Part shown: positions 47,701-60,170 of the stretch, piece by piece
Position numbering within the stretch: position 1 is the first letter of the stretch
How the letters are laid out: each line of letters opens with the position of its first letter
DNA from: Macrostomum lignano
Taxonomy: Eukaryota
Direction of reading: 5' to 3'
NCBI GenBank assembly: GCA_002269645.1
Contig: NIVC01000089.1
Location: forward strand, 310,001 to 374,000
Length of the DNA: 64,000 nucleotides
Translations under genes and position numbers: made by a program
Notes under the pieces: model-generated
What the model was told of the DNA's origin: nothing
The model's input: only the letters and a program-made list of their open reading frames with translations
Databases searched by the model: none

Positions 47701-48835
47701 GGGAGAATCTCTATCTGACACAGGATAATGCTAAACTGACAGGAACCTCTCTATCTGACACAGGATAATGCTAAACTGACAGGAACCTCTATCTGACACA
47801 GGATAATGCTAAACTGACAGGAACCTCTCTATCTGACACAGGATAATGCTAAACTGACAGGAACCTCTCTATCTGACACAGGATAATGCTAAACTGACAG
47901 GAACCTCTCTATCTGACACAGGATAATGCTAAACTGACAGGAACCTCTATCTGACACAGGATAATGCTAAACTGACAGGAACCTCTCTATCTGACACAGG
48001 ATAATGCTAAACTGACAGGAACCTCTATCTGACACAGGAAACTGACGCAGACTGACAGGAACCTCTCTATCTGACACAGGATAATGCTAAACTGACAGGA
48101 ACCTCTCTATCTGACACAGGATAATGCTAAACTGACAGGAACCTCTCTATCTGACACAGGATAATGCTAAACTGACAGGAACCTCTCTATCTGACACAGG
48201 ATAATGCTAAACTGACAGGAACCTCTCTATCTGACACAGGATAATGCTAAACTGACAGGAACCTCTCTATCTGACACAGGATAATGCTAAACTGACAGGA
48301 ACCTCTCTATCTGACACAGGATAATGCTAAACTGACAGGAACCTCTCTATCTGACACAGGATAATGCTAAACTGACAGGAACCTCTCTATCTGACACAGG
48401 ATAATGCTAAACTGACAGGAACCTCTCTATCTGACACAGGATAATGCTAAACTGACAGGAACCTCTCTATCTGACACAGGATAATGCTAAACTGACAGGA
48501 ACCTCTCTATCTGACACAGGATAATGCTAAACTGACAGGAACCTCTCTATCTGACACAGGATAATGCTAAACTGACAGGAACCTCTCTATCTGACACAGG
48601 ATAATGCTAAACTGACAGGAACCTCTCTATCTGACACAGGATAATGCTAAACTGACAGGAACCTCTCTATCTGACACAGGATAATGCTAAACTGACAGGA
48701 ACCTCTATCTGACACAGGATAATGCTAAACTGATAGGAACCTCTCTATCTGACACAGGATAATGCTAAACTGACAGGAACCTCTATCTGACACAGGATAA
48801 TGCTAAACTGATAGGAACCTCTATCTGACACAGGA
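47701..48835. repeat. 40/38-bp minisatellite
   Basis: Unit CTGACAGGAACCTCT[CT]ATCTGACACAGGATAATGCTAAA. Confidence 0.97.
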
Positions 48836-49269
48836 AACTGACGCAGACGGTTTCACCTCGGGCAACATAAATTGCAACACCTTCTAAAAAGCGCAGGCAG
48901 CTGTTGCAGAATGTGCAGGGGATTTTCGCCCGGGGCAGGATTTCGTATGGCGACTGCGCAATCAGAAGACAATTTTTCAATTTGGTCGCGCGTTTTAAAA
49001 GTTGACCTTTCTGTTTAGTTGGATACTGTTAGTCGTGAACGTTTTCCCGCCTAGGTCCTGAGGTTGTTTTAGTGGGATTTGGAAAATCATTATAGGGAAA
49101 TGCGCAGGACTCGTCTAAGCTCGTAATTGAACAGTTTGAAAGCTGAATTTAGATTAATGTTTTAAGGACCCCTCAGCGACAGTTACTAGGCTTAAACTTT
49201 TCTACTTCTAAGTACATGTAGGATTCCCTGTGGACATGTAGTCTGGGAGTAGAGTTCAAGAGTAGACAA

Positions 49270-49550
49270 GTGAGAGTTGAGTAGACAACTGGGAGTAGAG
49301 TTTGGGGTAGACAAGTGGGAGTAGAGCTTGGGTAGACAAGTACATGTAGAAGTAGAGTTTGGGGTAGACAACTGGGAGTAGAGCTTGGGTAGACAACCGG
49401 GAGTAGAGCTTGGGTAGACAACCGGGAGTAGAGCTTGGGTAGACAACCGGGAGTAGAGCTTGGGTAGACAACTGGGAGTAGAGCTTGGGTAGACAAGTAC
49501 GAGCGTACATTTAGGAGTAGAGTTTGGGGTAGACAAGTGGGTGTAGAGTT
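49270..49550. repeat. 25-bp minisatellite
   Basis: Unit GGGAGTAGAGCTTGGGTAGACAACY. Confidence 0.9.
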
Positions 49551-50204
49551 GGTTGGGCAGGTGAGAAAAATACAGAATAGTTATAAAGATCTATATCGTA
49601 TCTGTTCCATATATTCGATCTTTTAAAAGTGTTCTAGCATGCACAGAGTGAAACTTATTAATGGAAGCGTAATTGAAGTTCAAGTTGAATCACTTAGCTT
49701 CAAGCCAAGATAGTCAGCTGCAGTACTTTATTTACATCTCCAGGTAGATTGCAGGCGCAACTGATTTAACAATACTTCATTAAGATACTACTGGTGTACT
49801 GTTATACAAAAACAGGAAGCATACAGCTCTTTAAGGGGCAGGGAGAAATGGGACAAATACACGGTAAGAACAATTTAAGATCGGGGAAACAGGGGTTGGA
49901 TTATAAAGTGCAGGAAAGGATTCAAGTGAAGCTCTCCGCATTCTGGGCCGCCCAGTTCGACTTCAAACTGGATCCGGGACAGCGCGCGGCGTTAAAATGG
50001 GCTCGAGTTTCGCGAGTTTGAGTGTGAGCACACTGGGGCCAGTGCTCTAAGACTCGATACAGATGGCTCAGTGACTACTAGGTTATTCTATGCTTTGACA
50101 GTATAATTTGACGAATGAGTAAGGAACCTGTCTAATGATTGAGCAGATTAGTGATGCACTTTGGTGATTGCTTGGTGTGATAAGTGAGCAAATTGGGAGT
50201 GGCG

Positions 50205-51608
50205 GTGTTGGGAGCCTGATTGCAGTGTTGGGAGCTTAATTACAGTGTTGGGAGCCTAATTGCAGTGTTGGGAGCCTAATTACACGGTGTTGGGAGCCTA
50301 ATAACACGGTGTTGGGAGCCTGATTGCACGGTGTTGGGAGCCTAATAACACGGTGTTGGGAGCCTAATAACACGGTGTTGGGAGCCTGATAACACGGTGT
50401 TGGGAGCCTGATAACACGGTGTTGGGAGCCTGATAACACGGTGTTGGGAGCCTAATAACACGGTGTTGGGAGCCTGATAACACGGTGTTGGGAGCCTAAT
50501 AACACGGTGTTGGGAGCCTGATAACACGGTGTTGGGAGCCTGATTGCACGGTGTTGGGAGCCTAATAACACGGTGTTGGGAGCCTAATAACACGGTGTTG
50601 GGAGCCTGATTGCACGGTGTTGGGAGCCTAATAACACGGTGTTGGGAGCCTGATTGCACGGTGTTGGGAGCCTGATAACACGGTGTTGGGAGCCTAATAA
50701 CACGGTGTTGGGAGCCTAATTGCAGTGTTGGGAGCCTAATTACACGGTGTTGGGAGCCTAATAACACGGTGTTGGGAGCCTGATTGCACGGTGTTGGGAG
50801 CCTAATAACACGGTGTTGGGAGCCTAATAACACGGTGTTGGGAGCCTGATAACACGGTGTTGGGAGCCTGATAACACGGTGTTGGGAGCCTGATAACACG
50901 GTGTTGGGAGCCTGATAACACGGTGTTGGGAGCCTGATAACACGGTGTTGGGAGCCTAATAACACGGTGTTGGGAGCCTGATAACACGGTGTTGGGAGCC
51001 TGATTGCACGGTGTTGGGAGCCTAATAACACGGTGTTGGGAGCCTAATAACACGGTGTTGGGAGCCTGATTGCACGGTGTTGGGAGCCTAATAACACGGT
51101 GTTGGGAGCCTGATTGCACGGTGTTGGGAGCCTGATAACACGGTGTTGGGAGCCTAATAACACGGTGTTGGGAGCCTAATAACACGGTGTTGGGAGCCTA
51201 ATAACACGGTGTTGGGAGCCTGATTGCACGGTGTTGGGAGCCTAATAACACGGTGTTGGGAGCCTGATTGCACGGTGTTGGGAGCCTAATAACACGGTGT
51301 TGGGAGCCTGATTGCACGGTGTTGGGAGCCTAATGACGGTGTTGGGAGCCTAATTGCAGTGTTGGGAGCCTAATAACACGGTGTTGGGAGCCTAATAACA
51401 CGGTGTTGGGAGCCTAATAACACGGTGTTGGGAGCCAGATTGCACGGTGTTGGGAGCCAGATTGCACGGTGTTGGGAGCCAGATTGCACGGTGTTGGGAG
51501 CCAGATTGCACGGTGTTGGGAGCCAGATTGCACGGTGTTGGGAGCCAGATTGCACGGTGTTGGGAGCCAGATTGCACGGTGTTGGGAGCCAGATTGCACG
51601 GTGTTGGG
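50205..51608. repeat. 22-bp minisatellite
   Basis: CACGGTGTTGGGAGCC followed by TAATAA, TGATAA, TGATTG or AGATTG. Confidence 0.97.
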
Positions 51609-51906
51609 AACTTGGTTTTTCGGGTCGAGAGCCGAGATTTCCACCGCAGGCACTGCAGTCCCATATTGTTGAGGTTTTCGAATTCAAACGATCTGTGCAA
51701 TACCGGTGAATGCTCAAGTTTATCAGGTGAGAACCGACTAAAACACCCAGGGTGCTGATTGTTGCTGTCTCTGAGTTTTGTCTCTGAGCAGTCTCTGAGC
51801 AGAGGGTGGCAAGTGTCTGTTTGGAATGCAGTCAAGCTGAATCGTCTTGTCAGATTGTTGGTTAATGCCGCGGATGCAAACATATGCTATTAATATTTTT
51901 GCGTAT

Positions 51907-52947
51907 TTAAACTTCGTTGGGAAAGGGCGGGGTGTACTTTAACGGAGGCTGCGGGTCGAAGCTCAGCTGCCTCCGAGATCGGAGCTCCTCCTGCTGCTGC
52001 TGCTGCTGCTGCTGCTTCTCCTTGTAGCGCTTCGGAGGCAACGGCGGCGGCACGCGGCCGCTGTGACCGGGCAGCCGCACCACCAGACCGCCCGCCGTCT
52101 CCCCGTTCGGAACCGGAGTGTCAGTCGCCGGTCCTCCTTGTGCAGCCGAGAGTGAGCAGAGGTCGGTCTCAGCCAGGCCGGTAGCGCCGGGTGAGTCCAG
52201 GCTGAGCAGTAGCGGCTCCTGGTGCTGCCGGCGATGCTGCGCCTGCGGCAGCTCGCTGATCTTGAAGTCCTCCGTGCCGTCGTCCGTGTCGCAGCAGACG
52301 CGAGCGATGCAGCAGGCCAGCAGGACCAGCACGATGGCGCCGACGCCGCAGGCAATGAGGATGCCCTCGGTGGTGCGCAGGAAGGAGGCGAAGCTGGCGC
52401 CGAAGGAGACGCACTGGCAGCGCTCGCGCTCGCTGCTCGGCCCCGCGCACTGCTTGCCGTTGTTCCTGGGCCTCGGGCAGCTGCACAGGCGCCGCTTCTG
52501 GATGTACACCTCCGTCTCGTTCTTGGCCGCGTGCCGGCAGTAATAGTCGCAGCTGCTGTACACGATCCAGTAGCACCACTGCCCGTCCAGCGGCGGGCAG
52601 CTGTCATTCGGGCACTGGTCGTCCGCGCCGCGCACCGGCTCCGGCTCCGGGTGGTCCGGGTGGTCGTTCATGCGGAACGCCGTCGGCTGCCGGTAGTCGA
52701 ACTCCAGCTGGCCTCCGCCGTCGCCGCCTTCGCAGCGGCGCCGTCGAGACCGGGTGGCCTGCGAGCAGTAGGTAACGAAGCGGCTCTCCTGCCGGTCCTG
52801 CACGATCACGCCGACAGTCTTGTTCTGCCAGTGGCAGCTCTGCTCGGGCATCGGCTGCCACCGGGTCCACTCGCAGGCCCTGGGGATGCCGGAGGCCGCC
52901 GCTGCCGCTGCCGCCACGGCCAGCGCCAGACCCACCAACTGCAGCAT
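51907..52947 (-). CDS. Single-pass membrane protein with thrombospondin type-1-like repeats
   Basis: 346-aa intronless ORF: signal peptide MLQLVGLALAVAAAAAASG; CEWTRW...RSRRRRC; DGQWCYWIVYSSCDYYC...QKRRLCSCPRPRNNGKQCAGPSSERERC (TSP1 pattern); TM helix GILIACGVGAIVLVLLACCIA; cytoplasmic PPPLPPKRY and polyQ. Confidence 0.82.
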   Translation of the reverse strand: MLQLVGLALAVAAAAAAASGIPRACEWTRWQPMPEQSCHWQNKTVGVIVQDRQESRFVTYCSQATRSRRRRCEGGDGGGQLEFDYRQPTAFRMNDHPDHPEPEPVRGADDQCPNDSCPPLDGQWCYWIVYSSCDYYCRHAAKNETEVYIQKRRLCSCPRPRNNGKQCAGPSSERERCQCVSFGASFASFLRTTEGILIACGVGAIVLVLLACCIARVCCDTDDGTEDFKISELPQAQHRRQHQEPLLLSLDSPGATGLAETDLCSLSAAQGGPATDTPVPNGETAGGLVVRLPGHSGRVPPPLPPKRYKEKQQQQQQQQEELRSRRQLSFDPQPPLKYTPPFPNEV

Positions 52948-53514
52948 TTGAACTTTTTAATCGAAATTCAAACCCGGACGAGACCGAGCTTGGAGTTCTC
53001 AGAGGATGAAGAAATCAAATATATTTATTATTTTATTTCTCGTGAAGCTACTGGAAGTTTCCCTGTACTTGGATTGCTTCAAGATAGCGGAAACGCTCTC
53101 TCTCCTAGCCGGCTCACGCAGTGGCTGTCAGCGACTTTGCCCGCGACTGTTTTCGCTCTGCTGCCACCACCCGTGAGAGCCTATGGCTGCCAGGCCGGCG
53201 CAGCGGGGGGCAGAGAGGGAATTAAAGTTGAAACTGTCGTCCCGTCCCACCGGCGGGTTCGGGCGCCCCTCCTCTCCTCCCCTCACCCACCCGTCATGCA
53301 GTTCGTGGAGCCGGAGGACTTTATCCAGCCGGAGTCTCCCCGAGACGCCAAATAAGTTTTCTATGAGCGCCACTCTCGGTCTGGGTTTGCCTGTTGGAGC
53401 TGCGTCACTTTTTCAACTGTTACTAATATGGATCCAGGCATGGGGCCCGCTGTGAAATACTCGTAATAACTTTCCTGCTGTAGTTTCATAATCTTGCTCA
53501 ACTCTGCTTTTTCC

Positions 53515-53630
53515 TGTGTCTCCCAGCGGTAATCCGCTAGCCTCCCCTGTGTCTCCCAGCGGATAACCGCTACCCTCCCCTGTGTCTCTCAGCGGTAATC
53601 CGCTAGCCTCCCCTGTGTCTCCCAGCGGAT
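53515..53630. repeat. 33-bp tandem repeat (3-4 units)
   Basis: Unit CCCTGTGTCTCCCAGCGGTAATCCGCTAGCCTC. Confidence 0.8.
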
Positions 53631-53649
53631 ATTCGGTACCAGGGGCTTT

Positions 53650-54205
53650 AGTGCCAGCACCAGGGGCGCCAGCACTAGGGGCGCCAGCACCAGGGGCGCC
53701 AGCACCAGGGGCGCCAGCACCAGGGGCGCCAGCACCAGGGGCGCCAGCACCAGGGGCGCCAGCACCAGGGGCGCCAGCACCAGGGGCGCCAGCACCAGGG
53801 GCGCCAGCACCAGGGGCGCCAGCCCAGGGGCGCCAGCACCAGGGGCGCCAGCACCAGGGGCGCCAGCACCAGGGGCGCCAGCACCAGGGGCGCCAGCACC
53901 AGGGGCGCCAGCACCAGGGGCGCCAGCACCAGGGGCGCCAGCACCAGGGGCGCCAGCACCAGGGGCGCCAGCACCAGGGGCGCCAGCACCAGGGGCGCCA
54001 GCACCAGGGGCGCCAGCACCAGGGGCGCCAGCACCAGGGGCGCCAGCAGCAGGGGCGCCAGCACCAGGGGCGCCAGCACCAGGGGCGCCAGCACCAGGGG
54101 CCAGCACCAGCACCAGGGACGCCAGCACCAGGGAGCGCCAGCACCAGGGACGCCAGCACCAGGGACGCCAGCACCAGGGGCGCCAGCACCAGGGGCGCCA
54201 GCACG
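53650..54205. repeat. 15-bp GC-rich minisatellite
   Basis: Unit GCCAGCACCAGGGGC. Confidence 0.95.
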
Positions 54206-54764
54206 TGGTCCCCATAGACATGAGTGTTATTCAGCAGGCAGCATCAGCCAACCGGCCTTTGTGACTTTCATTCCGAATAAAAAATGATAAAAGTCGCCAA
54301 TCAAAGCGGACAAAAGCAAAGTCAACACCCACCACAGGCTTAGGATCGGATGAATTGAAATGCCTCCAGCTCCAGACGGGGAGTTGAGAGGGCAGCACTG
54401 GGGAATCTCTTGACATTTTCTCCGCTTTACCTCCTGACTGCCCAACCCCTCCTCTCAGCGAAGCCGCAGCTGCTGTCACTCGTCTGAAAGAAGCCACAGC
54501 ATCTTCTGCTTGGCTTCAATGCCAAAAATTCGCCCAAATGTCACGCCAGCAGCCAGGCGGAGCTTTCCTTCTCAGCCAAGCTTTTTTGTTTAAGCGTTTT
54601 TTTGCTCCACGCAGCTGACAAAGGATGGAGTGGAGAAGCTGCGCGCTGAACTGCTGCCGAATACGAGTACTTTTCTTCAGTTAAATGAACTTTGTTTTTT
54701 GTGAATTTTAACTCCGCGATTTCTAACTGATGTGCAATTTTTTGCAGCCTTAAACCTGGAACTA

Positions 54765-55127
54765 TGGCGCCCCTTTCCTATCCGATGGCGCCCCTTTCCT
54801 ATCCGATGGCGCCCCTTTCCTATCCGATGGCGCCCCTTTCCTATCCGATGGTGCCCCTTTCCTATCCGATGGCGCCCCTTTCCTATCCGATGGCGCCCCT
54901 CCCCTATCCGATGGCGCCCCTTTCCTATCCGATGGCGCCCCTTTCCTATCCGATGGCGCCCCTTTCCTATTCGATGGCGCCCCTTTCCTATCCGATGGCG
55001 CCCCTTTCCTATCCGATGGCGCCCTTCCCCTATCCGATGGCGCCCTTCCCCTATTCGATGGCGCCCCTTTCCTATTCGATGGCGCCCCTTTCCTATCCGA
55101 TGGCGCCCCTTTCCTATCCGATGGCGC
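54765..55127. repeat. 21-bp minisatellite
   Basis: Unit ATGGCGCCCCTTTCCTATCCG. Confidence 0.95.
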
Positions 55128-56074
55128 TCCTTATCAGAGCCAACGCGACCAGTGTAAAACAGCAGCAAGCCAGTCTTCCCAGCGCAATTACAGTCACAAC
55201 AAGTAGCTCAGACTATTTATTTCTCTGTTTTAGTAAAGAAATATTAAACATAGCATTTCGCCGGCAGCAGAAGCCGCCAATAAAAAATAGCTGCATGCAG
55301 TAGCGCAGAGCTGGTGAGCAATGGCAGGGTGAATGAGACAGTCAGCCCAACCGACAGTGCGCCAGCACCAGTTTTTCCCCAATAGCTGCTCAAATGCTTA
55401 GAGAAGGAGCTGCTCCCGCAGTATTCTTACAGCCATTCGTTCCCCCTTCCCCCAAGGCTGTGGGGTTCTTGCGGACCGAAAAGTCAAAACTGCGCCCAAC
55501 CGCTTTTTGTTCTTCTGCACAAGGAGACCCGGGAGAAGCAACTCCTCCCAGAACTCCCTGCTAGTTGGCACTCCAGGTCCCAGCTCTGGGCCTCCTTGTC
55601 TTATCTGCCCTCCCCTTTGCAAGCCTACTGCAGTTCTGCTGCTGTGTCAGAGTGGATATTGCGGGATATTGTGCGTGTGCATGTGGCTGTTGGGACACGG
55701 CTGACTAAATAACTTTCGGCAGGAACGCCAGCGGCAGCCGGCATAGAATTGTATTGCGCTAAGTCGCGCACGGTTCCGCCCGTCGAGAGCCGCTGTCTCT
55801 GTCTGTCTTTTGTTCTGTTTCCAGCGTGTTGCTAACCGGCTTATGCTGTGAGAGAAGTGAACCCCCCCTCCCCCGGTGGAGGGGAGCGGGATCTGATTTG
55901 ATCGGAGCAGCGCTTGGTTGCCAAGTGCTTTGGGAAAACTGTTGAAATACCTGAGTAAATTGTTTGGCCAGAATAAATATAAAAAATTTATTTTAACCTC
56001 ATTTCACCTTTAAGGGTTTCTCCATCTCGCTATTCTGTCTGATCTTTCAAGCTCGTACCTACCTTCTCACTAAC

Positions 56075-57690
56075 TCCCTCTCCTTAGTCTCCCCCCTCTA
56101 CCCTCTCCCTAGTCTCCCCCTCTACCCTCTCCCTAGTCTCCCCCTCTACTCTCTCTCTGGTCTCCCCCTCTACCCTCTCCCTAGTCTCACCCTCTACCCT
56201 CTCCCTAGTATCCCCCTCTACCCTCTCCCTAGTCTCCCCCTCTACCCTCTCCCTGGTCTCCCCTCTACCCTCTCCCTAGTCTCCCCCTCTACTCTCTCTC
56301 TGGTCTCCCCCTCTACCCTCTCCCTAGTCTCACCCTCTACCCTCTCCCTAGTATCCCCCTCTACCCTCTCCCTAGTCTCCCCCTCTACCCTCTCCCTGGT
56401 CTCCCCCTCTACCCTCTCCCTAGTCTCCCCCTCTACCCTCTCCCTAGTCTCACCCTCTACCCTCTCCCTAGTATCCCCCTCTACCCTCTCCCTAGTCTCC
56501 CCCTCTACCCTCTCCCTGGTCTCCCCCTCTACCCTCTCCCTAGTCTCCCCCTCTACCCTCTCCCTGGTCTCCCCTCTCCCTAGTCTCCCCCTCTACCCTC
56601 TCCCTCTCTACCCTCTCCCTAGTCTTCCTCCTCTACCCTCTCCCTGGTCTTCCCCTCTACCCTCTCCCTAGTCTCCCTCTCTACCCTCTCCCTACCTCTC
56701 CCTAGTCCCCCTCTACCCTCTCCCTAGTCTCCCCTCTACCCTCTCCCTAGTCTCCCCTCTACCCTCTCCCTAGGTCCCCCCTCTACCCTCTCCCTAGTCT
56801 CCCCCTCTACCCTCCCCTGGTCTCCCCTCTACCCTCTCCCTAGTCTCCCCCTCTACCCTCTCCCTGTCTCCCCCTCTACCCTCTCCCTAGTCTCCCCCTC
56901 TACCCTCTCCCTGGTCTCCCCTCTACCCTCTCCCTAGTCTCCCCCTCTACCCTCTCCCCCTCTACCCTCTCCCTAGTCTCCCCCTCTACCCTCTCCCTAG
57001 TCTCCCCCTCTACTCTCTCCCTGGTCTCCCCTCTACCCTCTCCCTAGTCTCCCCTCTACCCTCTCCCTACCTCTCCCTAGTCCCCCCTCTACCCTCTCCC
57101 TAGTCTCCCCCTCTACCCTCTCTCTAGTCTCCCCCTCTACCCTCTCCCTGGTCTTCCCCTCTACCCTCTCCCTAGTCTCCCCCTCTACCCTCTCCCTACC
57201 TCTCCCTAGTCCCCCCTCTACCCTCTCACTAGTCTCCCCCTCTACCCTCTCCCTCTCTACCCTCTCCCTAGTCTTCCTCCTCTACCCTCTCCATGGTCTC
57301 CCCCTCTACCCTCTCCCTAGTCTCCCCCTCTACCCTCTCCCTACCTCTCCCTAGTCCCCCCTCTACCCTCTCCCTAGTCTCCCCCTCTACCCTCTCTAGT
57401 CTCCCCCTCTACCCTCTCCCTAGTCTCCCCCTCTACCCTCTCCCTAGTCTCCCCCTCTACCCTCTCCCTAGTCTCCCCCTCTACTCTCTCTCTGGTCTCC
57501 CCCTCTACCCTCTCCCTAGTCTCCCTCTCTACCCTCTCCCTAGTCTCCCCCTCTACCCTCTCCCTAGTCTCCCCCTCTACTCTCTCTCTGGTCTCCCCCT
57601 CTACCCTCCCTAGTCTCCCCTCTACCTGGTCTCCTCATCTACCCTCTCCCTGGTCTCCCCTCTACCCTCTCCCTAGCCCCCCCTACCTGC
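56075..57690. repeat. About 24-bp CT-rich minisatellite
   Basis: Unit CCCTAGTCTCCCCCTCTACCCTCT. Confidence 0.95.
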
Positions 57691-58279
57691 CTCCTACCAA
57701 TCTCTCACCTCTTAACAAAGCAATAAATTCTACAGCACAAGCCAGCAGACTCCAGACAGACAAAATCCCTCTGTAACAGAGTAGGCAGGAACACTACTAG
57801 TACAAATGAACACCGATGACATCCCGGCCTATGCGTACCAAATAACCTGCACTCAACCCGAAGTTTTCCCTTTGTGAAGCCCAAATTACGTGCAGACCCC
57901 GCCTCGCAGGACAAATTCGAGAAGAATTCCGACAACTCGGTGGGGGTGGGGGCTCGACTCTGAGCCGGACAGCCAAGCCCGGCCGCGCGGACTCGAGAAT
58001 CATAAATAAAATATGCAAATTAGTCCGAGCAGCAACAGCCTCGCGCTCCCCCGAGAGAAGGGGAGAGGAAGCGGCGGGAGACCGATTGAGTCGGCAATCG
58101 CTTTTGTTATTGTTCGCCCCTCATCTCCCGCCAGCTGCCCCTGACCCGCCTCTCATATTGCGACTCGTTCTCGGTTAGCTTTCACTTAGTAGCTGCTTCT
58201 CCCTGCCTGCGTGTTCACAGCGATGCGGTGCCCTGCCTTCGGCATCTGGTAGTGCGAAGAGAAAAGTCAGAGTCAGAAG

Positions 58280-59617
58280 GTGGGGTGAGAGTCAGACAGG
58301 TAGGGATGAGGTTCAGAAAGAGAGGGATGAGAGTCAAATAGAGAGGGATGAGAGTCAGAAAGAGAGGGATGAGAGTCAGATAGAGAGGGATGAGAGTCAG
58401 ATAGAGAGGGATGAGAGTCAGATAGAGAGGGATGAGAGTCAGATGGAGAGGGATGAGATTCAGATAGAGAGGGATGAGAGTCAGAAAGAGAGGGATGAGA
58501 GTCAGATAGAGAGGGATGAGAGTCAGATGGAGAGGGATGAGAGTCAGATAGAGAGGGATGAGATTCAGATAGAGAGGGATGAGAGTCAGATAGAGAGGGA
58601 TGAGAGTCAGATAGAGAGGGATGAGAGTCAGATAGAGAGGGTTGAGAGTCGGACAGATAGGGATGAGATTTAGATAGAGAGGGATGAGATTTAGATAGAG
58701 AGGGATGAGAGTCAGATAGAGAGGGATGAGAGTCAGATAGATAGGGATGAGATTCAGATAGAGAGGGATGAGAGTCAGATAGAGAGGGATGAGAGTCAGA
58801 TAGAGAGGGATGAGAGTCAGATAGAGAGGGATGAGAGTCAGATAGAGAGGGATGAGAGTCAGATAGAGAGGGATGAGAGTCAGATAGAGAGGGATGAGAG
58901 TCAGATAGAGAGGGATGAGAGTCAGATAGAGAGGGATGAGAGTCGGATAGATAGGGATGAGATTCAGATAGAGAGGGATGAGAGTCAGATAGAGAGGGAT
59001 GAGAGTCAGATAGAGAGGGATGAGAGTCAGATAGAGAGGGATGAGAGTCAGATAGAGAGGGATGAGAGTCAGATAGAGAGGGATGAGAGTCAGATAGAGA
59101 GGGATGAGAGTCAGATAGAGAGGGATGAGAGTCAGATAGAGAGGGATGAGAGTCAGATAGAGATGGATGAGAGTCAGATAGAGAGGGATGAGAGTCAGAT
59201 AGAGAGGGTTGAGAGTCGGACAGATAGGGATGAGATTCAGATAGAGAGGGATGAGATTCAGATAGAGAGGGATGAGAGTCAGATAGAGAGGGATGAGAGT
59301 CAGATAGAGAGGGATGAGAGTCAGATAGATAGGGATGAGATTCAGATAGAGAGGGATGAGAGTCAGATAGAGAGGGATGAGAGTCAGATAGAGAGGGATG
59401 AGAGCCAGATAGAGAGGGATGAGAGTCAGATAGATAGGGATGAGATTCAGATAGAGAGGGATGAGAGTCAGATAGAGAGGGATGAGAGTCAGATAGAGAG
59501 GGATGAGAGTCAGATAGAGAGGGATGAGAGTCAGATAGAGAGGGATGAGAGTCAGATAGAGAGGGATGAGAGTCAGATAGAGAGGGATGAGAGTCAGATA
59601 GAGAGGGATGAGAGTGA
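58280..59617. repeat. 21-bp minisatellite
   Basis: Unit GAGAGTCAGATAGAGAGGGAT. Confidence 0.97.
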
Positions 59618-60170
59618 TATTAAGGCAGTATAAAGACTTCAGACTCTTCAGCAAATTCTCAGACGGCAACAGCTCAGCAGCTGACGGTCGAACTAATGCG
59701 AATTAGTGATGTTCAGAGAAACTGCAGTGTATTTCTTGTTACGCCATAAAAATAAGTGGACGGATGGTTTTCAAAATTGAAAAAATTGGAATGAAGGCAC
59801 TGGAGAAGCTGGAGAAGCTGCTACTAAATGAGAACAGCGGCTATTTCTACTCGTAATAACAAATCTTCGCAGTGTGCAAAGCGGCCCTTTGGCTTTCTAA
59901 TCGCAGATGGGTCGCGTCATCAATGCTAGCAGCCAGGCTGTTACAAAGAAATTTCGCTAATATCAATAAAACCGTAAAGCATACGGATCAGAACGCTAAG
60001 AAACTATTAAGCAAAGCGCAAAGGGTTATACGAGTTATTCGTAAAAAAAAGCAAGCGGCAGAAGACAACGATTTGAAAAAGCAAAAAATAAGCTTTGAAA
60101 GAGATTTAACAACAGAGCTACAAGGCGGAGTCGCGAGTGTACATTAACAAAGCACACCAGAGCCCAGCGC

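Noticed and set aside
46545-48835. Regular repeat arrays as possible CRISPR arrays
   Set aside because: The units are head-to-tail with no unique spacers, there are no cas genes, and the context is eukaryotic.
51610-51710. Half PHD-like motif HRYC...WDCSAC on the minus strand
   Set aside because: The N-terminal Cys pairs are absent and no splice site supplies them.
59872-60147. 91-aa plus-strand Lys-rich ORF
   Set aside because: Non-ATG start, no domain, and it lies in the expected 3' region of the opposite-strand gene.
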